Shown: piece after piece, positions 55,638-64,000 of the stretch
Position numbering within the stretch: the first letter of the stretch is position 1
Layout: each line of letters opens with the position of its first letter
Origin: Dehalococcoidia bacterium
Lineage (GTDB): Bacteria > Chloroflexota > Dehalococcoidia > Dehalococcoidales > RBG-16-60-22
Reading direction: 5' to 3'
Assembly: GCA_011192005.1 (NCBI GenBank)
Contig: DUFB01000066.1
Span: forward strand, 583-64,582
Length of the DNA: 64,000 nucleotides
Translations under genes and position numbers: made by a program
Notes under the pieces: generated by a model
The model's input: only the letters and a program-made list of their open reading frames with translations
Databases searched by the model: none
What the model was told of the DNA's origin: nothing

Positions 55638-56921
55638 ATGATAGCAGCTAATGATGTAGACCTTATCATTTTTGATATGGACGGCACGATTGCCCCGTCT
55701 CTAGAAATCGTCTACAGGGCTCTGCAAACAGCTTTTAAGCATTTCGGCTGGGAACTCGAATATAGTGCAGAGGACATCAACCAGTTCATCGGGACAGCTT
55801 CCGGTGAGCTTTATAAACATATCATTCCCTCTGAGCATACGCACCGCTGGGAAGAATTAAGAGACAAAACCAGAGCCGAATACGGAGCCCTCTTCCAGAA
55901 ATCGGCGGTTACCTTTCCCAATGTAAAAGTAACTCTCGAAACGCTCCGGAAAAGGGGCTTTCAGCTGGCTCTCTACAGTAATGCCTCACCGCAGTATTTC
56001 AATATCGTTCTGACATCGCTTCAAATCATAGACTATTTCGATTACGCCGAATGCGTTCATGAAAATGACCTGACCAAGCCCGAACTAGTGAAGAAGATAA
56101 AGGAAAAATTGAAAAGTAAAACCGCTGCGATAGTCGGCGACAGATTTCATGATATAGATGCCGCCCGGGGGACTGACTCGCTAGCTATCGGGGTGCTTTT
56201 CGGCTATGGCGGTAAGGAACCGGAACAGGCGGACATCACCATCAGTCAGTTCGACGAACTACTGGATATATTCGATAGAAAACTGCCGGTGTTCGATAAA
56301 ATACTTTCAGCAATCCAAAAGCGAAAAGAAAAGAACAAACTTTTCGTCGTAGGCATAACTGGCATCGACGGTGCCGGAAAAACCAGCTTCGCCGCGGTGC
56401 TGGAAAAATACCTGCTTTCTCTGAATTACCAGGTACAGACCATTCACCTCGATGATTTTCACAATCCCAGGGCTGTCAGGTACGCTGGTGATGACCCCGC
56501 CGAGAATTACTACCGGCTGAGTTTCAATCTGGAAGATCTTGTTAATAAAGTGCTTAAACCGCTTCACGAGAAAGCTGAATATTCAATTAGACTATCTGTC
56601 CTGAACCCGGACACCGATACATACGACGCCGTGAGGGAGTACACTTTTACCCCTGATACAATCGTGATATTTGAGGGCGTTTTCCTCTTCAGGGAAGAGC
56701 TTTCTCAATATATAGACTACAAGGTGTTCCTGGAAATCCCTTTTGAAGAAAGCAAAAGGCGGGCTAAGGTGAGAGACTCGCAAGCAGTAATCGAAAAATA
56801 CGAAACTAAATACCTGCCGGCGCAAAGGAAATACCTCTCTCTGTTCCCACCGGGTACCCACGCCGACATGATAATAGACAATACAGACTGGGAATATCCA
56901 TCAATTATTAAAATACGCTGA
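55638..56921 (+). CDS. Fusion protein: N-terminal HAD phosphatase domain + C-terminal P-loop (uridine kinase/PRK-like) kinase domain
   Basis: The HAD motif is IIFDMDGTI, followed by SNAS and GDRFHDIDAA. The P-loop VVGITGIDGAGKTSFA at about residue 240 is followed by a kinase-like body. Confidence 0.75.
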   Translation: MIAANDVDLIIFDMDGTIAPSLEIVYRALQTAFKHFGWELEYSAEDINQFIGTASGELYKHIIPSEHTHRWEELRDKTRAEYGALFQKSAVTFPNVKVTLETLRKRGFQLALYSNASPQYFNIVLTSLQIIDYFDYAECVHENDLTKPELVKKIKEKLKSKTAAIVGDRFHDIDAARGTDSLAIGVLFGYGGKEPEQADITISQFDELLDIFDRKLPVFDKILSAIQKRKEKNKLFVVGITGIDGAGKTSFAAVLEKYLLSLNYQVQTIHLDDFHNPRAVRYAGDDPAENYYRLSFNLEDLVNKVLKPLHEKAEYSIRLSVLNPDTDTYDAVREYTFTPDTIVIFEGVFLFREELSQYIDYKVFLEIPFEESKRRAKVRDSQAVIEKYETKYLPAQRKYLSLFPPGTHADMIIDNTDWEYPSIIKIR

Positions 56922-57103
56922 TATTTATAGATATTTGCCAGTATACAGTAGTAATATTATAATATTTAGTAATAATTCTCTCTCTATTTCTTTATCATGC
57001 TCTTAACGCCCGCCAACACTTTTCACATTTGCCTCAACTATTGACTTTCTGTGGTAAAATATCCTATAGGGGGTAAGGTCGCCCGTAAAAACAGGCTTAA
57101 AAA

Positions 57104-57712
57104 TTGGATATTAGCTGTATAATCCTCGCTGGTGGTAAGAGTTTACGTTTAGGACACGATAAGATAACAGAAAAAGTAGGTAATAAAACCCTACTGGAAA
57201 AGGTAATATCCCGGATTGACTCGCTCTGTAAAGATATCGTTATCGTCACCGCTGAAGAAAGAAGCTTCGCAGAATCTGGCGATAACCCGAAGATAAAGAC
57301 GGTATCTGATATCTTCCCGGGACGAGGTTCTCTGGGTGGTATTTATACCGGACTGGTAAAATCCGAGTCGTTTTATAACCTCGTTATCGCTGCCGATATG
57401 CCTTTTCTAAACAGGGATTTAGTTGCCTACATGACGGAGGTGGCCGAAGGTTTTGATTTTGTAATACCGAGAATAGGCAGTTACTTCGAACCCCTTCACT
57501 CCATATACTCCAAAAACTGCGTCCCGCCGATTGAAACCATGATAAAAAATAACCGGAGGATTATTATCGAGCTATTCGACTTTGTGAAAGTAAGATACGT
57601 GGAAGCGGAGGAGATTGACCGGTTCGACCCCGAACACATGAGTTTTTTCAATATCAATACCATGGAAGACCTGGAACTGGCCAGAAAAATTGACGACGGA
57701 GCCAAAGATTAG
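57104..57712 (+). CDS. mobA: Molybdenum cofactor guanylyltransferase MobA
   Basis: TTG start. IILAGGKSLRLGHDK..., AADMPFL, 202 aa. Confidence 0.85.
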   Translation: MDISCIILAGGKSLRLGHDKITEKVGNKTLLEKVISRIDSLCKDIVIVTAEERSFAESGDNPKIKTVSDIFPGRGSLGGIYTGLVKSESFYNLVIAADMPFLNRDLVAYMTEVAEGFDFVIPRIGSYFEPLHSIYSKNCVPPIETMIKNNRRIIIELFDFVKVRYVEAEEIDRFDPEHMSFFNINTMEDLELARKIDDGAKD

Positions 57713-58993
57713 ATGATAAGCGTTGAAGAAGCCCTGGAAAAGATACTCAAGGAAGTTGAAGTTTTAAACGAAGAAAAAGTCCCCATATTGAACGCACTCG
57801 GCCAGGTCCTGGCCGAAGATATAAAATCGGATATCACCATACCCCCACTGGACAACTCCGCCATGGACGGATACGCCGTTATCTCCAGAGATACCGCCGG
57901 CGCCAGCGAATCGTCACCCCGTGTCCTCCGTGTCATCGACACGGTTATGGCCGGTTCCATATCCCGCAAGGAGGTTACGCCCGGTACTGCCGTCCGCATC
58001 ATGACCGGCGCCGCGGTTCCGAAAGGCGCCGACTGCGTGGTGCAATTTGAAAACACCGATGAAGACGAACGAAAGAAGTCGGCTATCAGCGAACCCTATA
58101 CCCAGGTAGGCATCCTTGCCGAGACAACCCCGGGTCTCAACATCAGGCGGACGGGAGAGGATATCTCCAGGGGTGCCACTGTATTGCTAAAGGGTACCGT
58201 ACTCCGTCCCTCCGAGATAGGACTGCTGGCTTCACTCGGTCAGACACATGTTACCGTAATCAGACGACCGGTAGTGGCTGTTCTGGCTACGGGCAACGAA
58301 CTGGTGAGTATCGACAAACCCCTTTCGGAAGGCAAGATATACGACAGTAATACCTACAGTATCGCCAGTTTGGTACAACGCTACGGCGCTATTCCTAAAA
58401 TCCTAGGTATAGCCCGCGATACCGAAGAGGAACTGGTGAGTAAACTGCGTCAGGTAGAGGACGCCGATATGCTGCTCAGTACCGGCGGCGTATCCATGGG
58501 TGATTACGATATGGTCAAGGATATCCTCGCCAGAGACGGTGAAATGGTCTTCTGGAAAGTGCGGGTAAAGCCCGGAAAACCGCTGGCTTTCGGCAAGATA
58601 AAAGCAACGGGCAAGGGTAACCGGACCAGGATAATTCCCCACCTGGGTCTGCCGGGAAATGCGGTCAGCTGCATGGTCAGTTTCGAGCTTTTTGTGCGGC
58701 CCGCCCTGCTTAAAATGATGGGGAAGACAATGGTTGCCAAACCCACCGTCCAGGCCATCATCGAGGATAACATTAAAAATAACGCCGGACGGCGTCTTTA
58801 CGACCGGGCCATTACGGAGAGACGCAACGGTAAATACTATGCCCGTCTGACCGGACCACAGGGTTCGGGGATACTGAGTTCTATGGGTCTCGCCAACAGC
58901 CTGGTGATTATCCCCGAAGACCGGAAAGAGGTCAGAAAAGGTGAGGTCGTCCAGGCATTGATGCTCGATTGGAACGAGGAAGTAAGTTTATAG
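57713..58993 (+). CDS. moeA: Molybdopterin molybdenumtransferase MoeA
   Basis: PPLDNSAMDGYAV, the STGGVSMGDYD motif, 426 aa. Starts immediately after the mobA stop. Confidence 0.92.
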   Translation: MISVEEALEKILKEVEVLNEEKVPILNALGQVLAEDIKSDITIPPLDNSAMDGYAVISRDTAGASESSPRVLRVIDTVMAGSISRKEVTPGTAVRIMTGAAVPKGADCVVQFENTDEDERKKSAISEPYTQVGILAETTPGLNIRRTGEDISRGATVLLKGTVLRPSEIGLLASLGQTHVTVIRRPVVAVLATGNELVSIDKPLSEGKIYDSNTYSIASLVQRYGAIPKILGIARDTEEELVSKLRQVEDADMLLSTGGVSMGDYDMVKDILARDGEMVFWKVRVKPGKPLAFGKIKATGKGNRTRIIPHLGLPGNAVSCMVSFELFVRPALLKMMGKTMVAKPTVQAIIEDNIKNNAGRRLYDRAITERRNGKYYARLTGPQGSGILSSMGLANSLVIIPEDRKEVRKGEVVQALMLDWNEEVSL

Positions 58994-59019
58994 AGGGGTC
59001 GAGCGACGAAAAAATTTAC

Positions 59020-59670
59020 ATGCGAACCATAATATCAATCGTAGGTAAATCGGGTTCCGGCAAGACGACATTGCTGGAAGGGCTTATCACCGAATTGAAA
59101 ACGCGCGGCCACAAGGTCGCTATTGTCAAACACTCACACCATGCTTCGGATATCGATACCACGGACAAAGATACCTGGCGATTCACCAAAGCAGGCAGCG
59201 AGCTATCCGCCCTGAATTCACTGGATCATCTGGCGATATACCGGCGCATGGACGAGTATTTTGACCCGCAGGAGATATCCGATTTTGTCCTCTGGGATTA
59301 CGACCTTATCCTGACCGAAGGTTTTAAGAGCAGCGATTTTCCCAAGATTGAAGTCCATCGCCGCGAACAGGGTGAGGGACTGATTACCGACCCCGAACGC
59401 TTGCTGGCGGTGGTAACTGACGAACCGCTTGATGTAAATGTACCGCAATTCTCCCCGAATGACCGGACGAAAATTACCGACCTTATCGAGAACGTATTGC
59501 TCTCCAACAAAGAAACAAACGAACTTGATTTGATTATCAACGGTACCCGTGTACCGACCAATCCTGAGCTCAACGACCTGCTTTCCCGCACTCTCCTCGC
59601 CATGATACCGGGACCGGTAGATAACGGAGATATTAAAAACCTGCATATTACTCTCAGGAGGAGATTTTGA
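59020..59670 (+). CDS. mobB: Molybdopterin-guanine dinucleotide biosynthesis adapter MobB (with C-terminal extension)
   Basis: ORF 58969..59670. The ATG at 59020 gives the typical N-terminus MRTIISIVGKSGSGKTTLLEGLI...VAIVKHSHH. Confidence 0.8.
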   Translation: MRTIISIVGKSGSGKTTLLEGLITELKTRGHKVAIVKHSHHASDIDTTDKDTWRFTKAGSELSALNSLDHLAIYRRMDEYFDPQEISDFVLWDYDLILTEGFKSSDFPKIEVHRREQGEGLITDPERLLAVVTDEPLDVNVPQFSPNDRTKITDLIENVLLSNKETNELDLIINGTRVPTNPELNDLLSRTLLAMIPGPVDNGDIKNLHITLRRRF

Positions 59671-60398
59671 TATTCGAAGCCTCAGATTTTAGTTTTAAGG
59701 TACCGGCCGTGGTCTCGCGGGCGCGGCGCGTCCTGATAAAACCCAGCGCCTCATATCCCCTCCCTTATCCGGTTACTACCAGTCCCGATATGCTCGCGGC
59801 GATAATCGCCAGTATCCGGCACGTCAGCGACGCCGACATTTTATTGCTCGAGGGCACCCCCGGCGGCGTACCGACACGCCCCATCTACCAGGCCCTGGGT
59901 TACGATTTCCCGCGCGTCCTGACGCTGGACGTGAAGGACTGCATCTTCGTTGAAGTGGACAATCCCTTGCCCAAGCCGTTTGCCGTACCGACGTTCTGGG
60001 TGCCCAACGTGATACTTTCCAGCGACTACCTGATAACCGTCGCACCCCTGAAGACGTTTAACGGCACGGGCAGCTTCAGCATCATGAACCTGCTTTCACT
60101 ATTACCGAGCAGCAAGTACCACGACGAGGAATCGGGCGGCTGGGAAAACCTCTATAACCTGGGGATAGACAAGGTTCTTGCCGACCTCTACTTCACTCTG
60201 CCCTTCGACCTGGGAATCGTCGAAGCCACCAAGAAATTTACCGTAAAGGAAGAACCGAATGAAGGTGACGTTGAAGAATACGATAAAGTCTTCATCGGTG
60301 AGCCCTATGAAGTAGACCGGGAAGTGGCTAATGCGCTGGGAATCAAAGTCAGCTATCTCGATATGATAAAAACAGCCAAGGTAGAACTGGAAGTATAA
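59667..60398 (+). CDS. DUF362-like protein
   Basis: TTG start after an AGGAGGA SD, overlapping the mobB stop by 4 nt. RVLIKPSASYPLPYPVTTSPDMLAAIIASIR resembles the DUF362 N-terminal core. The assignment is tentative. Confidence 0.5.
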   Translation: MIFEASDFSFKVPAVVSRARRVLIKPSASYPLPYPVTTSPDMLAAIIASIRHVSDADILLLEGTPGGVPTRPIYQALGYDFPRVLTLDVKDCIFVEVDNPLPKPFAVPTFWVPNVILSSDYLITVAPLKTFNGTGSFSIMNLLSLLPSSKYHDEESGGWENLYNLGIDKVLADLYFTLPFDLGIVEATKKFTVKEEPNEGDVEEYDKVFIGEPYEVDREVANALGIKVSYLDMIKTAKVELEV

Positions 60399-60413
60399 TC
60401 CCAACGGGTTTAT

Positions 60414-60836
60414 ATGAAAGACACCCTTAATAAAGAAGAAAAAACCGAAGAGTCACCGGAAACACAATGGGCGATTTCTCTGGAGTGGCTCGACAGCAAC
60501 AGACGCTCGGCGGCGATGCTTATCTCAGAACACCTGTGCCACGATTGCACCAGCAAGTTAAGTCCTGAGAAAAAACAACCCTCTCCCGAAGAACTAATTT
60601 CAATAATCCAAAAATGCTGCTCCAATCACCCTGATTTCATCAGCCATCGGTTACCCGTCATGGAAAGCGTCTTCCGCCTGTTTTTGGGCAATGGCAACAA
60701 GGCGATGAGACTGGATGAAATGGTCCAGCAGTTGAGCCAGTTACGCGGCGGTGATTCTTACCGCACTCCCCGTGAGGCGCTGCTCCGTTTATTGAAAAAC
60801 GACCGGTATTACGGCTTGCAGGAGATGGTGCCATAA
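60414..60836 (+). CDS. Hypothetical protein (140 aa)
   Basis: Clean ORF in coding-like composition. No recognisable motif. Confidence 0.5.
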   Translation: MKDTLNKEEKTEESPETQWAISLEWLDSNRRSAAMLISEHLCHDCTSKLSPEKKQPSPEELISIIQKCCSNHPDFISHRLPVMESVFRLFLGNGNKAMRLDEMVQQLSQLRGGDSYRTPREALLRLLKNDRYYGLQEMVP

Positions 60837-60851
60837 CACTGGCCGGTATTA

Positions 60852-61133
60852 TCAGGTAACATTAAAACCTGGATATTTCCCGGTGTATTCCCCCCAGCTG
60901 TTATCTATCTTTATTACCCTGGCATGAGGCGGGCCTTCCCTAAGGAAACCAACAAGTTTCTCCAGGTCCTGCCGTTTACCCTCCCCCTTTACCTCGACCG
61001 AACCGTCGGCAACGTTTCGCACGTATCCGGTAAGTCCCAGCTCCCGGGCATGCCCGGCGACAAAAGAGCGAAAAAAAACACCCTGGACCCGCCCGTAAAC
61101 AAACGCATGCAATGAAGCCAGCTCATTACTCAC
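60852..61133 (-). CDS. acyP: Acylphosphatase
   Basis: VYGRVQGVFFRSFV...LGLTGYVRNVADGSVEV, 93 aa. Confidence 0.88.
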   Translation of the reverse strand: MSNELASLHAFVYGRVQGVFFRSFVAGHARELGLTGYVRNVADGSVEVKGEGKRQDLEKLVGFLREGPPHARVIKIDNSWGEYTGKYPGFNVT

Positions 61134-61166
61134 TGTCCGCTCCCGCCGTATCCAGTTAATCGGCTC

Positions 61167-61319
61167 CTACTCTTCCTCTTCTGCTTTCTTCTTCTTACTG
61201 CCCTTGCCGATAACCTCAACAGGCGGTGGCGTTGTCAGGATATCTACCGGGGGTATCTTCTTAGCATCTTTTTTTACTTTTCTCGTCTCTCGTTGGCTGT
61301 AATCTCCTCTTCTTGCCAT
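61167..61319 (-). CDS. Putative small basic protein (50 aa), below the ORF-track cutoff
   Basis: ATG at 61319 lies 5 nt after an AGGGGGTG SD. Translation MARRGDYSQRETRKVKKDAKKIPPVDILTTPPPVEVIGKGSKKKKAEEEE. It fills the gap between acyP and rnc on the same strand. Confidence 0.3.
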   Translation of the reverse strand: MARRGDYSQRETRKVKKDAKKIPPVDILTTPPPVEVIGKGSKKKKAEEEE

Positions 61320-61404
61320 AGCAACACCCCCTAAATTCATCGATTCATCAACAGCTTAAGTTTAGCAGAGAGAACTCAAGCCGTAAAGCCCATTTTTATA
61401 CATT

Positions 61405-62088
61405 TTATAAATTTTTCAGCGCCATGCGGGCGGCTTCGATCTCGGCGGCTTTCTTATTCTTCCCGGTGCCTTCTCCTAAGACGGTACCGTTTATCATCAC
61501 ATTAACGGTGAAAGTCTTATCATGGTCCGGCCCTTCCTCGTAGAGCACCCTGTACTCCGGCGCTTTCTGATACTTCGACTGTATTGTCTCCTGCAACCTG
61601 GATTTATAGTCGATTATCACGTCCTTCCGGTCAATCCGTTTCAGCTCCGAATCCAGTATTTTTATAATAAAATCCTTAGTCACATCTTCACCCTGGTCAA
61701 GATAAACCGAAGCGATAACGGCTTCCATGGCTCCGGCTAGGTTGGCTTTTTTCTGTCGTCCTCCGCTGGACTCCTCTCCCCTGCCAAGATAGAGGAAATC
61801 ACCCAGTCTGATGTTCTTTGCCACCCGGGCCAACGTGTTACGACTTACCAGTGCGGCGCGGAGTCTGGTCATCTCACCTTCGTTGGCATCCGGATGGTCT
61901 TTATATAATTTTTCGGCAACATAAAGCCCCAGAACAGCATCACCCAGAAATTCCAGTTTCTCGTTGTGGCCTGAAGCATAGCCAGGATTTTCATTGATAT
62001 AAGAGCTGTGGACCAGCGCCTGCTCCAGCAAAGATAAATTATTAAAATTTACGCCGGTTTTTTCCTGGAATTCCTTAATATCAGCCAC
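61405..62088 (-). CDS. rnc: Ribonuclease III
   Basis: ORF extends to a TTG at 62139, but the GTG at 62088 has an AAGGA SD 7 nt upstream. Signature NEKLEFLGDAVLG and a C-terminal dsRBD (GPDHDKTFTV...GKNKKAAEIEAAR). Confidence 0.9.
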   Translation of the reverse strand: MADIKEFQEKTGVNFNNLSLLEQALVHSSYINENPGYASGHNEKLEFLGDAVLGLYVAEKLYKDHPDANEGEMTRLRAALVSRNTLARVAKNIRLGDFLYLGRGEESSGGRQKKANLAGAMEAVIASVYLDQGEDVTKDFIIKILDSELKRIDRKDVIIDYKSRLQETIQSKYQKAPEYRVLYEEGPDHDKTFTVNVMINGTVLGEGTGKNKKAAEIEAARMALKNL

Positions 62089-62291
62089 GATTATTTCCTT
62101 TTTAGTAATAACAATAGACCGTTCACCAAGGAGTGTCAAATACCTGAATAATTATTGTCTCTATAATAGCTTCATGCTATTATTTACCTGTTACCGGGGA
62201 GTCGTCCAGTGATAGGGCAGCGAACTCTGGACTCCTGAAATATGCAAATATTCGACCTGAGATAAAAAAGCCATGATAAATAACGGAGGGT

Positions 62292-64000
62292 ATGATATTG
62301 GGAGCTTTTCTTCTGGTAAAAAAACCGAAGGACCTTGATATTAAGCAAGTAGAAAAAGAATATAATAATTCTCTCAGGGTTTTTGATAAAAAGGGATTGT
62401 CTTGTTATCACAGAATTGATACCAAAGACTATGTTATCTGGGCTTTCTATAAGTATAAATATAAAGTAGACAACGTAGTCTCGTTCGATAATAACCAGTT
62501 TGTTATTGCAACAGGAACTCTCATCTACAATAGGAGAATGGATCACAGTGTTCTTAAAGAGTTATTTAATGATTTCTCTGAGGATGGAAAATTCCTTTCT
62601 AAACTTCATGGAGAATATTGCTTAATAGTATCCAAGGACGGCAAGCTGTATCTTGTTAATGATTATCTTGGGCTTAATCGGATCTATGCTGATAAACAAA
62701 AAAACGTGGTATCCAACTCTTATTTAGCGGTATTGAAATCGATAGAGAAACCCACCGTATCACCTCAGGAACTCTACGAATACTCATTGTACGGATCCTT
62801 TTTTGGTATCCAGTCTCTTATTAAAGAAATTGATCTGGTAGATAGCAGAAACATCTGGCAATTATATCCCGAGGTATCGGCAATACCCAGGATACCGGAA
62901 GTCGCTCAACTTGATAGTAGGAATTTTGATGAAATGGTAGCCAAGGTTTCTGAGAATTTACTTGATTATTTTAGCATCATTAAAGAGAATTTCGGAGATA
63001 ATGTTTGCCTGGGATTAAGCGCCGGTTGGGATTCAAGGCTGGTACTGGCTTTATTGAAGAAAGTCGGGGTTAAGCCGTTATACTTATACACTTACCCTGA
63101 TAGCAGGCAACCCACCTGTGTCGAAAGAACAAAGATTATGGCCAGGGGAGAGGGTTTAGAAATAGATTATGTTGACGATGGAAAACCCCCTGAAGTTTCC
63201 GAAGATGGATTCGAGGCATTTATAGAAAACCAGTATTTCATGAATGATGGGCTCATACCTGTATTTAATAATGGCTCAACTCTGGATCACAGGCTGAAGC
63301 GTGTTGACAAAGCTAAATTACAATTAAACGGTGGTAGCGGTGAGATATACCGAAATTTCTGGCGTCTTCCCCATAGAAATATTCCGGTTGATGGATTCGT
63401 AAAATCGAGATATGATATAGATTTTTCAATGTGCACTAATCGTTTTGATAAAAACACCCATTTCTCAACTTTTGCTGATAAAATTAGAGCACTCCTGGAA
63501 ATAACTGATAATCGACTTAATGAAAAACAAATTGCCATGCTTTTCCCGTTATGGCATGCGAGATATTGGATGGGATATGACAATACAATTAATAATCAAA
63601 TATCATACGGTCTGACTCCCTTTAACGAAGCACGGATTGCTTTACAGAGTCTTGATATACCGCTTAAATATCGGAATTACGGGTCTTTTCAAGCCAGTTT
63701 AATCAAATACATCGATCCTGACCTCGCCAAATATACGTCTCATTACGGATATAATTTTTACGCCCCTCTTCCAATAAGAGCAAGATTAAAGGACTACGCT
63801 AAATTACATGTACCTATATGGTTAAAGGCATTTATAAGGAAAAATTTCTGGAACGTGAATGACGTTAAATTTCAACTGAGTAAAAAACAGTTCCCCTTAC
63901 CCTATTATCTTTCTACAGAATATCGAAAGAGAATATTTTCAAATTCAGAGTTAATGGTAGCGGAATACTTTGATTTAGATAAAATTAGAGACCCCGAACT
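62292..64000 (+). CDS. Asparagine synthetase-like (PP-loop ATP pyrophosphatase) protein lacking the N-terminal Cys nucleophile; runs off the right edge
   Basis: Absent from the ORF track because there is no stop inside the window. ATG at 62292 follows a GGAGGG SD. Open frame of more than 569 codons starting MILGAFLLVKKP... The PP-loop variant is VCLGLSAGWDSRLVLALL. It is strongly AT-rich. The antisense ORFs 62184..62546 and 63287..63583 are shadows. Confidence 0.7.
   Translation, partial: MILGAFLLVKKPKDLDIKQVEKEYNNSLRVFDKKGLSCYHRIDTKDYVIWAFYKYKYKVDNVVSFDNNQFVIATGTLIYNRRMDHSVLKELFNDFSEDGKFLSKLHGEYCLIVSKDGKLYLVNDYLGLNRIYADKQKNVVSNSYLAVLKSIEKPTVSPQELYEYSLYGSFFGIQSLIKEIDLVDSRNIWQLYPEVSAIPRIPEVAQLDSRNFDEMVAKVSENLLDYFSIIKENFGDNVCLGLSAGWDSRLVLALLKKVGVKPLYLYTYPDSRQPTCVERTKIMARGEGLEIDYVDDGKPPEVSEDGFEAFIENQYFMNDGLIPVFNNGSTLDHRLKRVDKAKLQLNGGSGEIYRNFWRLPHRNIPVDGFVKSRYDIDFSMCTNRFDKNTHFSTFADKIRALLEITDNRLNEKQIAMLFPLWHARYWMGYDNTINNQISYGLTPFNEARIALQSLDIPLKYRNYGSFQASLIKYIDPDLAKYTSHYGYNFYAPLPIRARLKDYAKLHVPIWLKAFIRKNFWNVNDVKFQLSKKQFPLPYYLSTEYRKRIFSNSELMVAEYFDLDKIRDPE

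Noticed and set aside
56953-56966. Perfect 14-bp palindrome AATATTATAATATT upstream of mobA, considered as a second ModE box. The 12-bp palindrome GTAATTAATTAC at 15505..15516, upstream of the fdh region, was considered the same way.
   Set aside because: Neither shares the half-site or spacing of the 316..335 element. Pure A/T palindromes of this length are expected by chance in such AT-rich spacers.
56922-57103. Moco riboswitch upstream of mobA-moeA, or upstream of the fdn operon (15903..15958).
   Set aside because: I could not find the conserved GC-rich Moco-motif helices. The fdn leader is only ~55 nt long. A covariance-model search would be needed to exclude it formally.
62140-62360. Mini-ORFs just upstream of and overlapping the AsnB-like start (for example MINNGGYDIGSFSSGKKTEGP), considered as a lasso-peptide precursor.
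   Set aside because: It is too short, overlaps the cyclase-like gene start in another frame, and has no leader/core features. The cluster context lies outside the window.
62184-62546. ORFs 62184..62546(-) and 63287..63583(-).
   Set aside because: They are antisense shadows of the long + strand AsnB-like frame that starts at 62292. That frame has an SD and a recognisable PP-loop.
1-64000. CRISPR arrays, rRNA genes, IS elements with terminal inverted repeats, and toxin-antitoxin or known defence-system genes.
   Set aside because: No regularly spaced direct repeats, no rRNA-like sequence, and no transposase or recognisable defence or TA domains appear in any of the six frames. The only mobility-related gene is the inactivated serine recombinase.

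Overview
This is a densely coding 64-kb bacterial window with about 60 credible genes, one tRNA, no rRNA and no CRISPR array. All product calls come from reading the translations and DNA by eye; no database search or folding was possible.

Left part (1-21.4 kb):
- A partial ModE-type regulator that runs off the left edge.
- Two small excisionase/MerR-type HTH genes, each coupled to an unknown partner. One partner is a coiled-coil protein ending in a histidine-kinase DHp (HisKA) domain with no ATPase domain.
- A TPP enzyme, a LIV-type ABC importer, and a cytoplasmic PAS histidine kinase with a NarL-type regulator.
- A stand-alone NuoE / NuoF / truncated-NuoG flavin-FeS module.
- A Tat-exported FdnGHI-type formate dehydrogenase with FdhE. 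Its catalytic subunit carries an in-frame TGA (selenocysteine) at 16529, so the ORF track splits it in two.

Middle part (21.4-49.4 kb) is visibly more AT-rich and looks like a catabolic block:
- A LuxR-type regulator and a family-5 (peptide/opine-type) ABC importer without ATPase genes.
- Two paralogous Amidohydrolase_3 genes, each followed by a small cupin-like gene.
- A class-III aminotransferase plus alanine dehydrogenase, a CN-hydrolase and a LUD-domain protein.
- A bbs-like beta-oxidation set with three family-III CoA-transferases.
- The block ends at a large serine recombinase inactivated by two in-frame stops. Its 3' end overlaps tRNA-Leu(UAG) antisense.

Right part (49.4-64 kb): PadR plus a membrane partner, degV-plsY-degV, leucyl aminopeptidase, an MBL hydrolase, a HAD-kinase fusion, mobA-moeA-mobB-DUF362, acylphosphatase, RNase III, and an AT-rich asparagine-synthetase-like gene that runs off the right edge.

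The most notable observation is four dispersed paralogs of an unassigned ~140-aa cupin-like protein. Two of them sit in a duplicated amidohydrolase+cupin gene pair.
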